Positions 48,201-55,772 of a stretch of DNA of 64,000 bases are shown here, one piece after another. Every line of letters begins with the position of its first letter. The stretch's first letter is position 1. The notes under the pieces are model-generated. The model did no database searches. It saw only the letters and a list, made by a program, of their open reading frames with translations, and was not told the DNA's origin. The position numbers and the translations under genes are program-made. This DNA comes from a virus. Where the stretch lies: positions 6,145 to 70,144 of IMG/VR virus record IMGVR_UViG_3300028840_002336. One strand, given 5' to 3'.

Positions 48201-50994
48201 CCTTGTTGCCGTGCCCCGCCAGCTGCTTGAGCGTGTAGACCTCGACCGGGGACAGCTCCGGCGCGGTGACGCCGACATTCCAGCCAATCTCGGCGAAGCC
48301 CTGGATCTCACCCAGGTGGTTGGAGCCCGACGGGAAGTAGCCGCCGAGGTCGATGTCCGCGGCCTTCGCGTCACGACGAAGCTCGTCGAGGTCGAGCTGC
48401 GAGTTGTCCGTCACCGGCTTCTTCCTCAGTTGCTTGCGGTGCCGCTTGCGGCCGTGCTTCTCTTCGTCGTAGGGGATGGTGTGCTGGGGGTCGCCCCAGC
48501 GTCCGCCCCGGGGGCCGATGTAGAGGGCCTTCGTGATGTCGTCGCTCTTCGGGTCGAAGGTACCGACGTTGCCGATGGCGCTCTTGATCTGGCCGGGCTC
48601 GAAGGCGACGACCTCCATGAAGTCGGGGTCCTCGTCGTCGCCGTGGTACACGATGCCGTCGTAGCCCTGGTCGCGCAGCTCCGCGTAGCTCTCCGGCGTG
48701 ATGGTGACGACTTCCTTGTAGCGGTCGCCCTTCGGGTCGTGGATGACGTACGGGTGCTTGATGCTGAGGTAGGCGGGGATGACATTGCCGCCTTTCTTCT
48801 CCCCCTTCGCCTGGGCGTATGACGACGCGTAGTCCGGGTCGACGGAGAAGTGAGCCCCTCGTGCCTGGCGGCCGAACTTGTCCTCGCGCGCGCCCGTGTC
48901 GAACGAGGCAAAGTCTTTCACCGTGCCGTGGTAGACCTTGAGCGGCTTGCCTTCCTTGTCGACGATCTTCGAGCCCTTGAACCAGGCGCCGAACGCCTCT
49001 GACTTCGTCGGGTGCGCCGCCTCTTCCTTCCAAGGAATCGTGTGAGTCGCGTCCTGCCACTTCCCGCCGCGCGGGCCGATGTAGAGGGCCTTCGAGAGCT
49101 TCTCTCCGCCGACCTCTTTGATCTGCTCCGGCGACACGCCGTCGACCACGTACTGGGTCCGGCCTGACTTGAGGTCCACGTCGTCGGGGTCGTAGCTCAG
49201 CGTGTCGCCGTCGACGAGGACACGGATGATTACCGGGGAGCCGCCGTGCTTGGTCGCGGCGTGGTCGGCGTACCACTGCGCAGAGCCCGGCCCGCTGTGC
49301 TCCGACGTCAGGAAGACGTGGTCGGGCGAGGCGGCCGTCATCGCGGTGGCGCCCACGTTGGACTGCTTCCCGTGCTCGCGCGCGGGTTGCAGCCCCTTCG
49401 ACCTGATGTCGCTAAGCAAGCTCGACGTCGTACCGTGGTACAGCCAGACCTTCTTGCCGCGCAGCTCCGAGAGCTTCTTCCCAGAGGGATCGACTCCCTG
49501 GGCCTCGTACTTCGCCTCAGCGGCCTCCGCGTCGGCAGCCTTCTGCCTGGTCGCGTCGGCGGTCTCGGTGTGCTTGTCCTGCCACTCGCGGAACTCACGC
49601 ACCGTCTCTTCGTGCTCTGGGTGCTTCGGGTCGGCGAGCGCTGGCCGGGCTTCTTCCATCGCAGCGCGCCACTTCTTCGGGTCCTTGCGCGCCATCATGT
49701 TGGAGAAGTAGCCGTGCATGTGCTTCGGGTGCTTCTTCTCCCAGGCGAGCGCAGCGTCGAGGGCGTGGGCGGGGTGCTCGGCTTCGGCGAATGCCTGGCG
49801 GTGCTGGTCCGCAGTCTCGGCCTCTTTCCACGGAATGGTGTGGGCAGCGTCCTGCCACTTCCCTCCGCGGGGACCGATGAAGGGGCCACCGCCCTTCTTC
49901 AACTCGCCCTTCGGCTCGCGGTACATGCCCTCGCTGATCTCGTAGTCTTTCTTCCTGCCTTTGTTCTCAACGTAGCCGTGGCGCTTGTAGAACTTCTTGA
50001 GTCTCGGCACCGATCCGCCGTAGTCACCGCTGGGGGTCAGCGTCATCGTCTTGCCGTGCGCGTCGGCGAAGCGGTGTAGTGCATCCATCACCGCTGAGCC
50101 CGTGCCGCCGGAGCGCTTGTCCTTCGGCACGACGACGCGCGAGAGGTTCACCTTGTCACCGTGGTGGAAGACGTCGAGCTTCACGCCGTGGTGCTCTTCG
50201 AGGTGCTTCCCCAGGGCGCGCAGGTGCTCGCGGCTTCCGGGCTCGACGTCGTGGGCGGTCCACGGAATGGTGTGCGCGGGGTCCGCCCATTTACCCCCGC
50301 GCGGTCCTATAAAAGGGCCACTGCCCTTCACCAAAATTGTGGGAGCGTCAGCGTCCAAAAGCCCCGCCTCGTCGACGGGGATGACGAACACCTCGCCGCG
50401 AGCCTTCCGCAGTGCTGCCGCCTGGTGCACGTTCGGGAAGTCGACGCCGGCCCGCGCCAGCGTCATCCCCCGCTGCACGGAAGTCGGGACTTCCGTGCAT
50501 TCCAGACTCTTCTTCAACGGGCTGTACCAGCGCAGCGGGTGCCCTTGGCTCACCAGCTTGCCATTGCCCTTCATACGCTCGAGCGTCGCGAAGACGTCCC
50601 GCGCGCGCTGCTTCGGGGCGCAGCCGTTGAAGTCGGCATGGCAGTCCCCGCGCGCGGCCAGGGCCTCGGTGAGGGCCGGCACCGTGAGCTGCGGCTCCGC
50701 AGCCCCGTTGTCCCTCTCCCGGCGCTTCTGCCAGAGACCGTAGTGCGCCGACACCTCATGCTCGAGGGAGCGCTCGAGCCAGGCCTGGTAGTCCGGGCTC
50801 CGCACCGCAGGGGACCCGCCAGGGATGACGAACTTGATGGGGCCCTCCGCCTCGGTGGCGGGGGGTCCCCCGGCGTTTCCAGACTTTACCGGGGAGGCCC
50901 CCTTCACCGCTGCCGGCTGCCGAGGACGCTTTCCAGACAATCCCGGCGTCGCCGGCTGACCGGCGCCCGCCCCCTTGCGGAGGATGTGCTTCAC
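45265..50994 (-). CDS. Giant polyvalent protein (1909 aa): GNAT, two ADP-ribosyltransferase-like, TGT/DpdA-like and PAPS-reductase-like domains, each behind a leader motif
   Basis: VPKDKRSGGTGS..FYKRHGY; LYHGT..GL.P..VFLT; WFKGSKIVD..GKPL.VYHGT..QIKSAIGN.GTFD; VFVDSGAFS..IHLLGL; SAGKDS..GIRAQES..RLSCVFC. Confidence 0.85.
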   Translation of the reverse strand: MKHILRKGAGAGQPATPGLSGKRPRQPAAVKGASPVKSGNAGGPPATEAEGPIKFVIPGGSPAVRSPDYQAWLERSLEHEVSAHYGLWQKRRERDNGAAEPQLTVPALTEALAARGDCHADFNGCAPKQRARDVFATLERMKGNGKLVSQGHPLRWYSPLKKSLECTEVPTSVQRGMTLARAGVDFPNVHQAAALRKARGEVFVIPVDEAGLLDADAPTILVKGSGPFIGPRGGKWADPAHTIPWTAHDVEPGSREHLRALGKHLEEHHGVKLDVFHHGDKVNLSRVVVPKDKRSGGTGSAVMDALHRFADAHGKTMTLTPSGDYGGSVPRLKKFYKRHGYVENKGRKKDYEISEGMYREPKGELKKGGGPFIGPRGGKWQDAAHTIPWKEAETADQHRQAFAEAEHPAHALDAALAWEKKHPKHMHGYFSNMMARKDPKKWRAAMEEARPALADPKHPEHEETVREFREWQDKHTETADATRQKAADAEAAEAKYEAQGVDPSGKKLSELRGKKVWLYHGTTSSLLSDIRSKGLQPAREHGKQSNVGATAMTAASPDHVFLTSEHSGPGSAQWYADHAATKHGGSPVIIRVLVDGDTLSYDPDDVDLKSGRTQYVVDGVSPEQIKEVGGEKLSKALYIGPRGGKWQDATHTIPWKEEAAHPTKSEAFGAWFKGSKIVDKEGKPLKVYHGTVKDFASFDTGAREDKFGRQARGAHFSVDPDYASSYAQAKGEKKGGNVIPAYLSIKHPYVIHDPKGDRYKEVVTITPESYAELRDQGYDGIVYHGDDEDPDFMEVVAFEPGQIKSAIGNVGTFDPKSDDITKALYIGPRGGRWGDPQHTIPYDEEKHGRKRHRKQLRKKPVTDNSQLDLDELRRDAKAADIDLGGYFPSGSNHLGEIQGFAEIGWNVGVTAPELSPVEVYTLKQLAGHGNKVFVDSGAFSEVTVQKDGPPKVTSPISDDEWAKRLDLYHDLAQALGDQLYPVMPDQVGNQAVTLERLHRYQHEVKAIRELGANIMCAVQLGPQSMADFDAEVEKIVGGDYIRAIPMMKNAATPEQLAEFLDARPQVKRIHLLGLGPKGDVYPKVQAVLEGRDIQMTADSVFITSVVGRDGKDNAPRSLTAAQDRARAQAEDDVYDVVFDMDYTDHIGQVNDWISKPRREGMAAEMQKLGFIDEAGAKQFISNPDRWLQATDEDGAPNYDSPWVSELLDAEWHFATIGELRPTAKGGLKLHGGRFTTTGRKREGIKEWVASGGKLEISKALYIGPKGGRWADAAHTIPYREEVHGRKRHRKQLRKKPERPAPEPALGLFDTIVEKDPALTDAQKMKPKSDGLLAAQKRDPGDPAEWKLPAGARLNEPLNLKAPKPTDKWSHPDYGSGTGRAPWQQEGDEDWAPKLESYDWIIINTSAGKDSQAMMTRAIEVADSQGFPREKIIAVHADLGRVEWEGTKDLARKQAEHYGLRFEVVQRQQNDLIEQIEERYGDLSQKDVDTVALHEAGVKTWRQLHDMKPSDVEKIIGSGKGSSKWEGARRASELVRRAKHKRNAVAKKHEKAMAKLQGSIDTWTKKGAGAKSDKARVNAKARVDDAREKLAALEAKGDPWDWAVDWGKNIAWPDMTSRFCTSDHKRVEVDRLITQLNKDIKAKHGRAGKVLNAMGIRAQESSGRLAMENFGRTLENSNQIVDDWFPIHRWREEKVWKKIEESGVAHHKAYDLGMRRLSCVFCVFASREDTMVAAKYNPNLFETYLELEEKVGADFSTNMKLADVADEIKQRREAGYELSDTAEWVKKALDLGHLDDDLVKAELQGADPKIAIVRLILQAADARLRGRGMLPTTVAWEWKGQGACLHLDDDKDSQHVEFLPYPLAYNASLAAAAYAREHGLIFEEHAAPPPPKRVAERLAKGFYILERREQ

Positions 50995-51006
50995 GGGGTG
51001 CCCCCT

Positions 51007-51507
51007 CTACAGCTCGACGGTCCTGTAGGCCATGAAGACCTCGACCTCGTTGTCGTCGGCGAGGTTGCCGACGATCTCCCCGGCGCCGATGTTGTGCAGC
51101 ACGAGGGCCTGGTTCTCCGCACCGGTCGCCGCGACGATGGCGTCGGCCGCGGCCGGGATGCTGGTGTAGGTGTCCGCGGCCTGGTCGATGAAGTCGGTGG
51201 CCTCGATGTCGCCGGAGACCTGCACACCACTGCCGTCGGTGTACTTGATGCCCAGGTTGGAGCCACCGCCGTCCTCTGCGAAGACGTTGTTCCCGCCGTA
51301 GATGAGCCGCGCGTGCCCGCCCACGAAGAGGTGGACCTTCCCCGCACCGGGCGCCGCGAGCAGCACCGCGGGGGACGCGGCCAGGGCCTTCACCTGCGCC
51401 GCCGTGAGCTTCGTGCGGACCACGCCGAGGAAGCCCTCGACCGCGTTGTACTTCGCCAGCCCCGCGACCTTGTCGCCCAGGGTCTCTCTCACCGTCTGCT
51501 CGCCCAT
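51007..51507 (-). CDS. Putative structural (jelly-roll-like) protein
   Basis: AAGGGAG RBS; GC3-rich codons; Ala/Gly/Val-rich. Confidence 0.65.
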   Translation of the reverse strand: MGEQTVRETLGDKVAGLAKYNAVEGFLGVVRTKLTAAQVKALAASPAVLLAAPGAGKVHLFVGGHARLIYGGNNVFAEDGGGSNLGIKYTDGSGVQVSGDIEATDFIDQAADTYTSIPAAADAIVAATGAENQALVLHNIGAGEIVGNLADDNEVEVFMAYRTVEL

Positions 51508-52056
51508 GTCAGTCTCCCTTGCTGTTGTGTTGCCAAAGTCTGGAAAGCCAGGGCGCTGCCCTCACGGCCGCCCCCGGGTCCCCGGACGGATGGTCATCGC
51601 GGATGGGACCCGCTCGGCGCACACAGCGCACCGGGGAGCCCCCTGGCGGCACCCTGGGGCAGGTCCGTGCGTCAGTCCCCGCCTCCAGCGCCGCTTGGAG
51701 CCCCGCCCAGGCCCCGGACGCGTCATGCGGAGGAACCAGCTCTGCCTGCGCCCAGGGGCCGGACGGGACAGGGTTGTGGGCCCAGGGTGCCCCTTCTATG
51801 GGACCCGCTGGCGCACGGAGAATCACCGGGAGGGCCCCGGGGGGAGCCCACTGCGGACCAGTCCGGCTGGGGGTGGTGAACCCAGGGTCACGGTGGCGAG
51901 GTGGTCCCCACGCCGACCCGGCCAGATGGGACCCATCCCCGGGCTCGTCACCGGGCTCCCCTCCCCCCTCCCGGGGTCGCTCGAGCGGGCCCAGCACGAT
52001 GGCCCACGCATCGCTCTCGCTCAGCTGCGATGCGTGTCTGCTTGTGTTCTCCGTCG
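51508..52056. other. Non-coding, very GC-rich region with short direct repeats
   Basis: No convincing ORF; ATGGGACCCGCT(C)GGCGCAC at ~51603 and ~51798, ATGGGACCC at ~51926; many G/C runs. Confidence 0.55.
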
Positions 52057-53118
52057 TCACTCTTCGTCGTCCTCTGTCTTGCGCCGCTTGCGCTTCCCCT
52101 TCGGTGGTGTGCGTAGGCGTCCGCGCGCGTAGCACGCGCTCCCCTTCTCTAGCAGGGAAGCCGCTTCCTTGGCGACTCGATCTGCCCCCCATTGGTCTGC
52201 TAGGTCTCTGAGGTCGCTTGCCGCTGGTGAGCTGGGGAGGCGAGCTAGCAGCGCCTTGCGCAGCTCCGTCGTCGAGGTCCGTTTCCTGCCTTTCGGTGGG
52301 CGAGCGCGTAGAACCCCGGACGGGCCCTGTGCACGGCGTAGCTCGTCGGGACTGAGCACCCTTGCCCTCGAGAACCCGTCGACAGCCGGCCGTCCGCGCT
52401 CCGTTTCCAGACTTTGCCGACGCCACCGCAGGGCGCGCGCGACCAGCGCGCGCCGCAGCTCGGCACCCCCCAACGGCGTCATTGTCGGGTCGCCGCCGGA
52501 GACGCTGTTGCCGCCGTCGGTTCCAGCCTCTGCGCCACGCTTTCCAGCCTTTACTCTACGCGCTCGATTTCCAGACATTCCGCCCGGAGACATCGCCGCG
52601 GTGATGTCGAGTATCGCCGCACGCGCCTCCGCGTCGCTGAGCCTCTGTCCCTTCCACTGCTCGAGCTTTGCTCTCCACTGCTCGCGGTCTCTGCTGTTGA
52701 ACCCTAACCCTCTCAGCACATCGTTGACTGTCCCTAGGTGGCGCTTGCTCTCGACGTCACGTGCTTCGTTCTCTGCGGTGTTCGGCTTGGGCTTGCGGTT
52801 GGTCATCTTGTCGAGGTTGCGCTGTGCCCTTCGCAGTGCTGTTCGCTCTGCTTGCATGTCCGGTATCTGTCCTGGGGTTCTGTAGCTCCACGCTCCTTGT
52901 GGGATGACGAGGGCTTTGACCAGCGGGTCGAGTCCGCTGTCGCGTTGTTCCAGACACTCACTCGGTGTGAGCGCTTCGTTTCCAGACTTATTGACGGTCA
53001 TCCGCTTGTAGATTCCGACGACGTAGGGCCAGTCGTTCTCGTGCCCCTCTTCGGCTGCTCGCTTCTTCGCTTTCGTCCAGTAGCGTTCGAGTCCTGGCTT
53101 GACGATGTTCGCCGGCAT
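52057..53118 (-). CDS. Basic protein with K-(A/S/G) sites; likely first gene of the head-cargo operon
   Basis: MPANIVKPGLERYWTKAKKRAAEEGHENDWPYVVGIYKRM; VNKS, LVKA, LRKA and LEKG sites; atypical codon usage. Confidence 0.6.
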   Translation of the reverse strand: MPANIVKPGLERYWTKAKKRAAEEGHENDWPYVVGIYKRMTVNKSGNEALTPSECLEQRDSGLDPLVKALVIPQGAWSYRTPGQIPDMQAERTALRRAQRNLDKMTNRKPKPNTAENEARDVESKRHLGTVNDVLRGLGFNSRDREQWRAKLEQWKGQRLSDAEARAAILDITAAMSPGGMSGNRARRVKAGKRGAEAGTDGGNSVSGGDPTMTPLGGAELRRALVARALRWRRQSLETERGRPAVDGFSRARVLSPDELRRAQGPSGVLRARPPKGRKRTSTTELRKALLARLPSSPAASDLRDLADQWGADRVAKEAASLLEKGSACYARGRLRTPPKGKRKRRKTEDDEE

Positions 53119-53187
53119 CGCGTCTCACCCTCTGGGTGACGACGAGGGCTGTGCCCTCGTCGTTCATTGGGTTGGGTCAGTGTCTGG

Positions 53188-53216
53188 ACAATGCCGCGGT
53201 TGGCTGCGGCTGGCAA
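53188..53216 (-). promoter_or_regulatory. Possible sigma70-like promoter upstream of 53118
   Basis: Minus strand TTGCCA-N17-CATTGT followed by a TCCAGACA motif variant and two hairpins. Confidence 0.35.
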
Positions 53217-53218
53217 GG

Positions 53219-53512
53219 TCAGTCTTCGTTTTCCCGACTTTCGCTGTCGTCGAAGGGCCCGAGCGCTTCCTCTTCGAGCTGGCGCAGCTCTGCCATCACG
53301 CTGTCGACGGTCGGCAATCGTCCGGCCGCTGCGAGATCCTCGTCGAGCAACTCCCGCGGTTGGTCGTACGCTTCCCCCGGAGGAAGTCGACCACGCGCCT
53401 CCCCTGGGTAGAACTGCGCGCCGCTGTCCGCCATCATTTCGTTGAGCCAGGCGAGACGCTCCCGTTGCTCGCGCCGCTTGCGGTACTTCTCCAGGTCGAT
53501 GACCTCACCCAT
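53219..53512 (-). CDS. Hypothetical protein
   Basis: MGEVIDLEKYRKRR start, a common phage N-terminal motif. Confidence 0.55.
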   Translation of the reverse strand: MGEVIDLEKYRKRREQRERLAWLNEMMADSGAQFYPGEARGRLPPGEAYDQPRELLDEDLAAAGRLPTVDSVMAELRQLEEEALGPFDDSESRENED

Positions 53513-53876
53513 CGGTCGGCTCACTTTCCAGCCTTTCCACCGGTCGCATCGGCGGAGCGCTCCGCGGTCCTTCTCCCTGAGCGTAGCACGTCGAACACCA
53601 GTAGCGACCGCCCCGCTCGCGCTCGATCTCGTGTCCTGCTTCGCAGCGGTACGTGATCAGCTCCGGCTCGGGCTTCGGGTCGTAGTCGCCGAGGGCTTCG
53701 CTCAGGATGGCGTCGACGAGAGCCCACTTGCCGTCGCGCTGGGCGTCTCTCGCCTCTCGTATCACTCGCATCAGCTTGCACCCGAGGTGCCCGCCGTCGA
53801 CGAACTCGAGCTGCTTGGGCTCAACGCAGCACTCCGGCACGTCTACCGCTTCCACTCCGTCGAGGTCAACCGGCAT
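53505..53876 (-). CDS. Hypothetical Cys/His-rich protein
   Basis: AAGGGAG RBS; CEAGH...CSTC. Confidence 0.55.
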   Translation of the reverse strand: MPVDLDGVEAVDVPECCVEPKQLEFVDGGHLGCKLMRVIREARDAQRDGKWALVDAILSEALGDYDPKPEPELITYRCEAGHEIERERGGRYWCSTCYAQGEGPRSAPPMRPVERLESEPTDG

Positions 53877-54032
53877 CGTCGTCTCCCTTCTCCACCACGA
53901 ACCGATGCACCGCCTTTCGACGTAGCTCGTCGAGTGGCTTGCTTCGGTACACGGTCACCGGGTCGATCCACCCGCAGTGTTCGCACTCGTCGGGCATCCT
54001 GCGCTGAAAGCGCTTGCTCTCGACCTTCTCTG

Positions 54033-54374
54033 TCATGTCGGCACCTCGTCACTCGCGTGCTCCGCGAACTCGAAGGTGGGCCGCTCGTCCCCGTCGGGGA
54101 ACACGACCAACACCGGGTTGAGACCGAAGAGCCCACCGCCGGCGTAGTTGCACGGCTGCTTGCCGCTGCACATGCCGTTGTCGGGCTCAGTGTGCCGACC
54201 GATGCAGGAGAAGCCCACCTCTCCCTCACTCGCGCCGACTGCCTCCCAGTCTGCGACGCTGGCGACGTGCCCGCAGCTGGGGCAGACGAACCGCCATTGC
54301 TCCGGGTTGTCACCGAAGCGCTCGCGCCCTTCACGTCGCCACTCTTCGTAAGTCAGCTTGCGTTGCTCTGTCAT
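54033..54374 (-). CDS. VVA0879-like phage protein
   Basis: EEWRREGRERFG...WRFVCPSCG...SCIGR...CNYAGGGLF.LNP pattern recalled for this family. Confidence 0.65.
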   Translation of the reverse strand: MTEQRKLTYEEWRREGRERFGDNPEQWRFVCPSCGHVASVADWEAVGASEGEVGFSCIGRHTEPDNGMCSGKQPCNYAGGGLFGLNPVLVVFPDGDERPTFEFAEHASDEVPT

Positions 54375-54387
54375 CGTTTCCAGCCTT

Positions 54388-54717
54388 TCACTTGAATGGT
54401 GTGAACTCGTGACGATGCGTCTTGCTGCCGTCCGCTTGCATCGCCACGTGGATCGTCCACACCACCTTGGGTGGTTCTTTGCCCTCGTCGACCTCCGGCA
54501 ACCCAGGCCCCTCGAGAATGACCCAGCTGTCGCCGTCACCGCCGTTGACCAACGTCACCGACACGAGCTTGATGTCGCCCAAGTCCCACGCATCCGCCAA
54601 CCTGTCGAGCAACTTGCCCGCGCTCACCAGTCCGCGCAGGTCTGCCTTCGACGCCTCGAGCGTCTGCATGAGTAGCTCCGTCGACACCATCGCCATACCT
54701 GTTTGTCTCGTCGTCAT
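54388..54717 (-). CDS. Hypothetical protein
   Basis: Tightly packed minus-strand ORF. Confidence 0.5.
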   Translation of the reverse strand: MTTRQTGMAMVSTELLMQTLEASKADLRGLVSAGKLLDRLADAWDLGDIKLVSVTLVNGGDGDSWVILEGPGLPEVDEGKEPPKVVWTIHVAMQADGSKTHRHEFTPFK

Positions 54718-54721
54718 GCTG

Positions 54722-54934
54722 TCACCTGTCGAACCAACGCGAAGCGCGCCGGGCCTTCTCCCTCGTCGTGTAGACGAACCGTTGCGCTACCGTGTCCTGC
54801 TCTCCGCGCCCATCCTCGACGATGACCATGCGTTGCCCGCCGACGACGAAGAGCGCGCGGATCATCACCTTGCGCACCGCCGGGTCGGCGATCCAACCAT
54901 AGGAGCCCTTCACCAGCTCGCGCGGCTTAGCCAT
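54722..54934 (-). CDS. Small SH3-like hypothetical protein (paralog-like to 54927..55142)
   Basis: W...VRKV.IR..FVV.G..R.V...VY.TR..A shared with its neighbour. Confidence 0.5.
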   Translation of the reverse strand: MAKPRELVKGSYGWIADPAVRKVMIRALFVVGGQRMVIVEDGRGEQDTVAQRFVYTTREKARRASRWFDR

Positions 54935-55142
54935 CGTCGATGACACCAAGCCCCGCTGTTGCGTCGGCTCTCGTCTTGTACACGTCGCCCCCCTTCCACT
55001 GCTTGACGCTACCGTCGCCGTAGATGACCTCGACCTTGCGGAGCTGGCCGAGCACCACGAACGTCGAGCGTACCTTAACCTTTATCGGTCGGCTGCCGTC
55101 GAGCACCCACACGTGGCGAGGGAATGGCACACAGTAGCGCAT
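54927..55142 (-). CDS. Small SH3-like hypothetical protein
   Basis: GGGAG RBS; VWVLDG..IKVKVRSTFVVLGQLRKV..DVYKTRADA. Confidence 0.5.
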   Translation of the reverse strand: MRYCVPFPRHVWVLDGSRPIKVKVRSTFVVLGQLRKVEVIYGDGSVKQWKGGDVYKTRADATAGLGVIDDG

Positions 55143-55151
55143 GGCGTCTCC

Positions 55152-55739
55152 CTAGTGTCGCGTCTCGCCGTCCCCAGCTCGGGCTGCGCGGCAGCTTTCG
55201 CAGTTGCACTCGTCGCCGGCAGGGATGACGTCACCGCCTATCATCTGGGAGAGCAGATCGCCGAGGTTACCAGGCGCACGCTGTCGCCGCTGCACTGCAC
55301 CGATCGCCCGGCCGTTGTCGCCGAACCGGGCCGCCCGCAGTAGGGCCACCGTCGTGCGGTCGCCGAGCGCGCCGCCGGAGCTGTCGCTGCGCTGGTCCTG
55401 CACGTATGCCGCGACCTTCACGTGGCTGCCGACGAAGAGCGCGAGCCCGATGATCCGGTTGAGCGCGGCAAACACGCTTTCCAGACTATTCACGTCGACC
55501 TCGAGTATCACCTCCCCGGTGAGCGGGTCGGGGTTGCGATCGAGCGCGTCCGCCGGCCAAGCACAACGGTCGCCGTTGACGAACTGCACCTGCACATCGC
55601 CGTCGCTGTCCGGGCCCATGACGATCACCACCGGCTTGCCCACCAAGCCCCTGCCCTCGTCGGTGAGCCGCTCGTCGTCGAGCAGCACCGCCTGCATCCC
55701 GATCATGTCGCTGATCGCCCCGTCGTTCGTCCTCGCCAT
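55152..55739 (-). CDS. Hypothetical protein
   Basis: GAGGA RBS; 195 aa. Confidence 0.55.
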   Translation of the reverse strand: MARTNDGAISDMIGMQAVLLDDERLTDEGRGLVGKPVVIVMGPDSDGDVQVQFVNGDRCAWPADALDRNPDPLTGEVILEVDVNSLESVFAALNRIIGLALFVGSHVKVAAYVQDQRSDSSGGALGDRTTVALLRAARFGDNGRAIGAVQRRQRAPGNLGDLLSQMIGGDVIPAGDECNCESCRAARAGDGETRH

Positions 55740-55772
55740 TGCGTTGTCCTCTCTGCGGCTGCCCAGCCGCTG

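Larger units (their letters stand above)
30909..50331 (-). repeat. Nine copies of a ~60-75 bp coding repeat for the leader IGP(R/K)GGxWxDxxHTI(P/H)(W/Y)
   Basis: Approximately 50260-50331, 49828-49900, 49030-49100, 48469-48536, 47161-47230, 45164-45232, 39253-39326, 35028-35095 and 30909-30986. Confidence 0.9.

Noticed and set aside
30909-50331. Leader repeats as a CRISPR array, intein ends or DGR template/variable repeats
   Set aside because: Spacing is hundreds to thousands of bp, variation is mostly synonymous, there are no intein C/HN termini, and no reverse transcriptase or cas genes are in the window.
51509-52426. 305-aa minus-strand ORF across the GC-rich gap
   Set aside because: Pro/Gly/Arg low-complexity translation, overlap with the 353-aa gene and no clear RBS; treated as non-coding.
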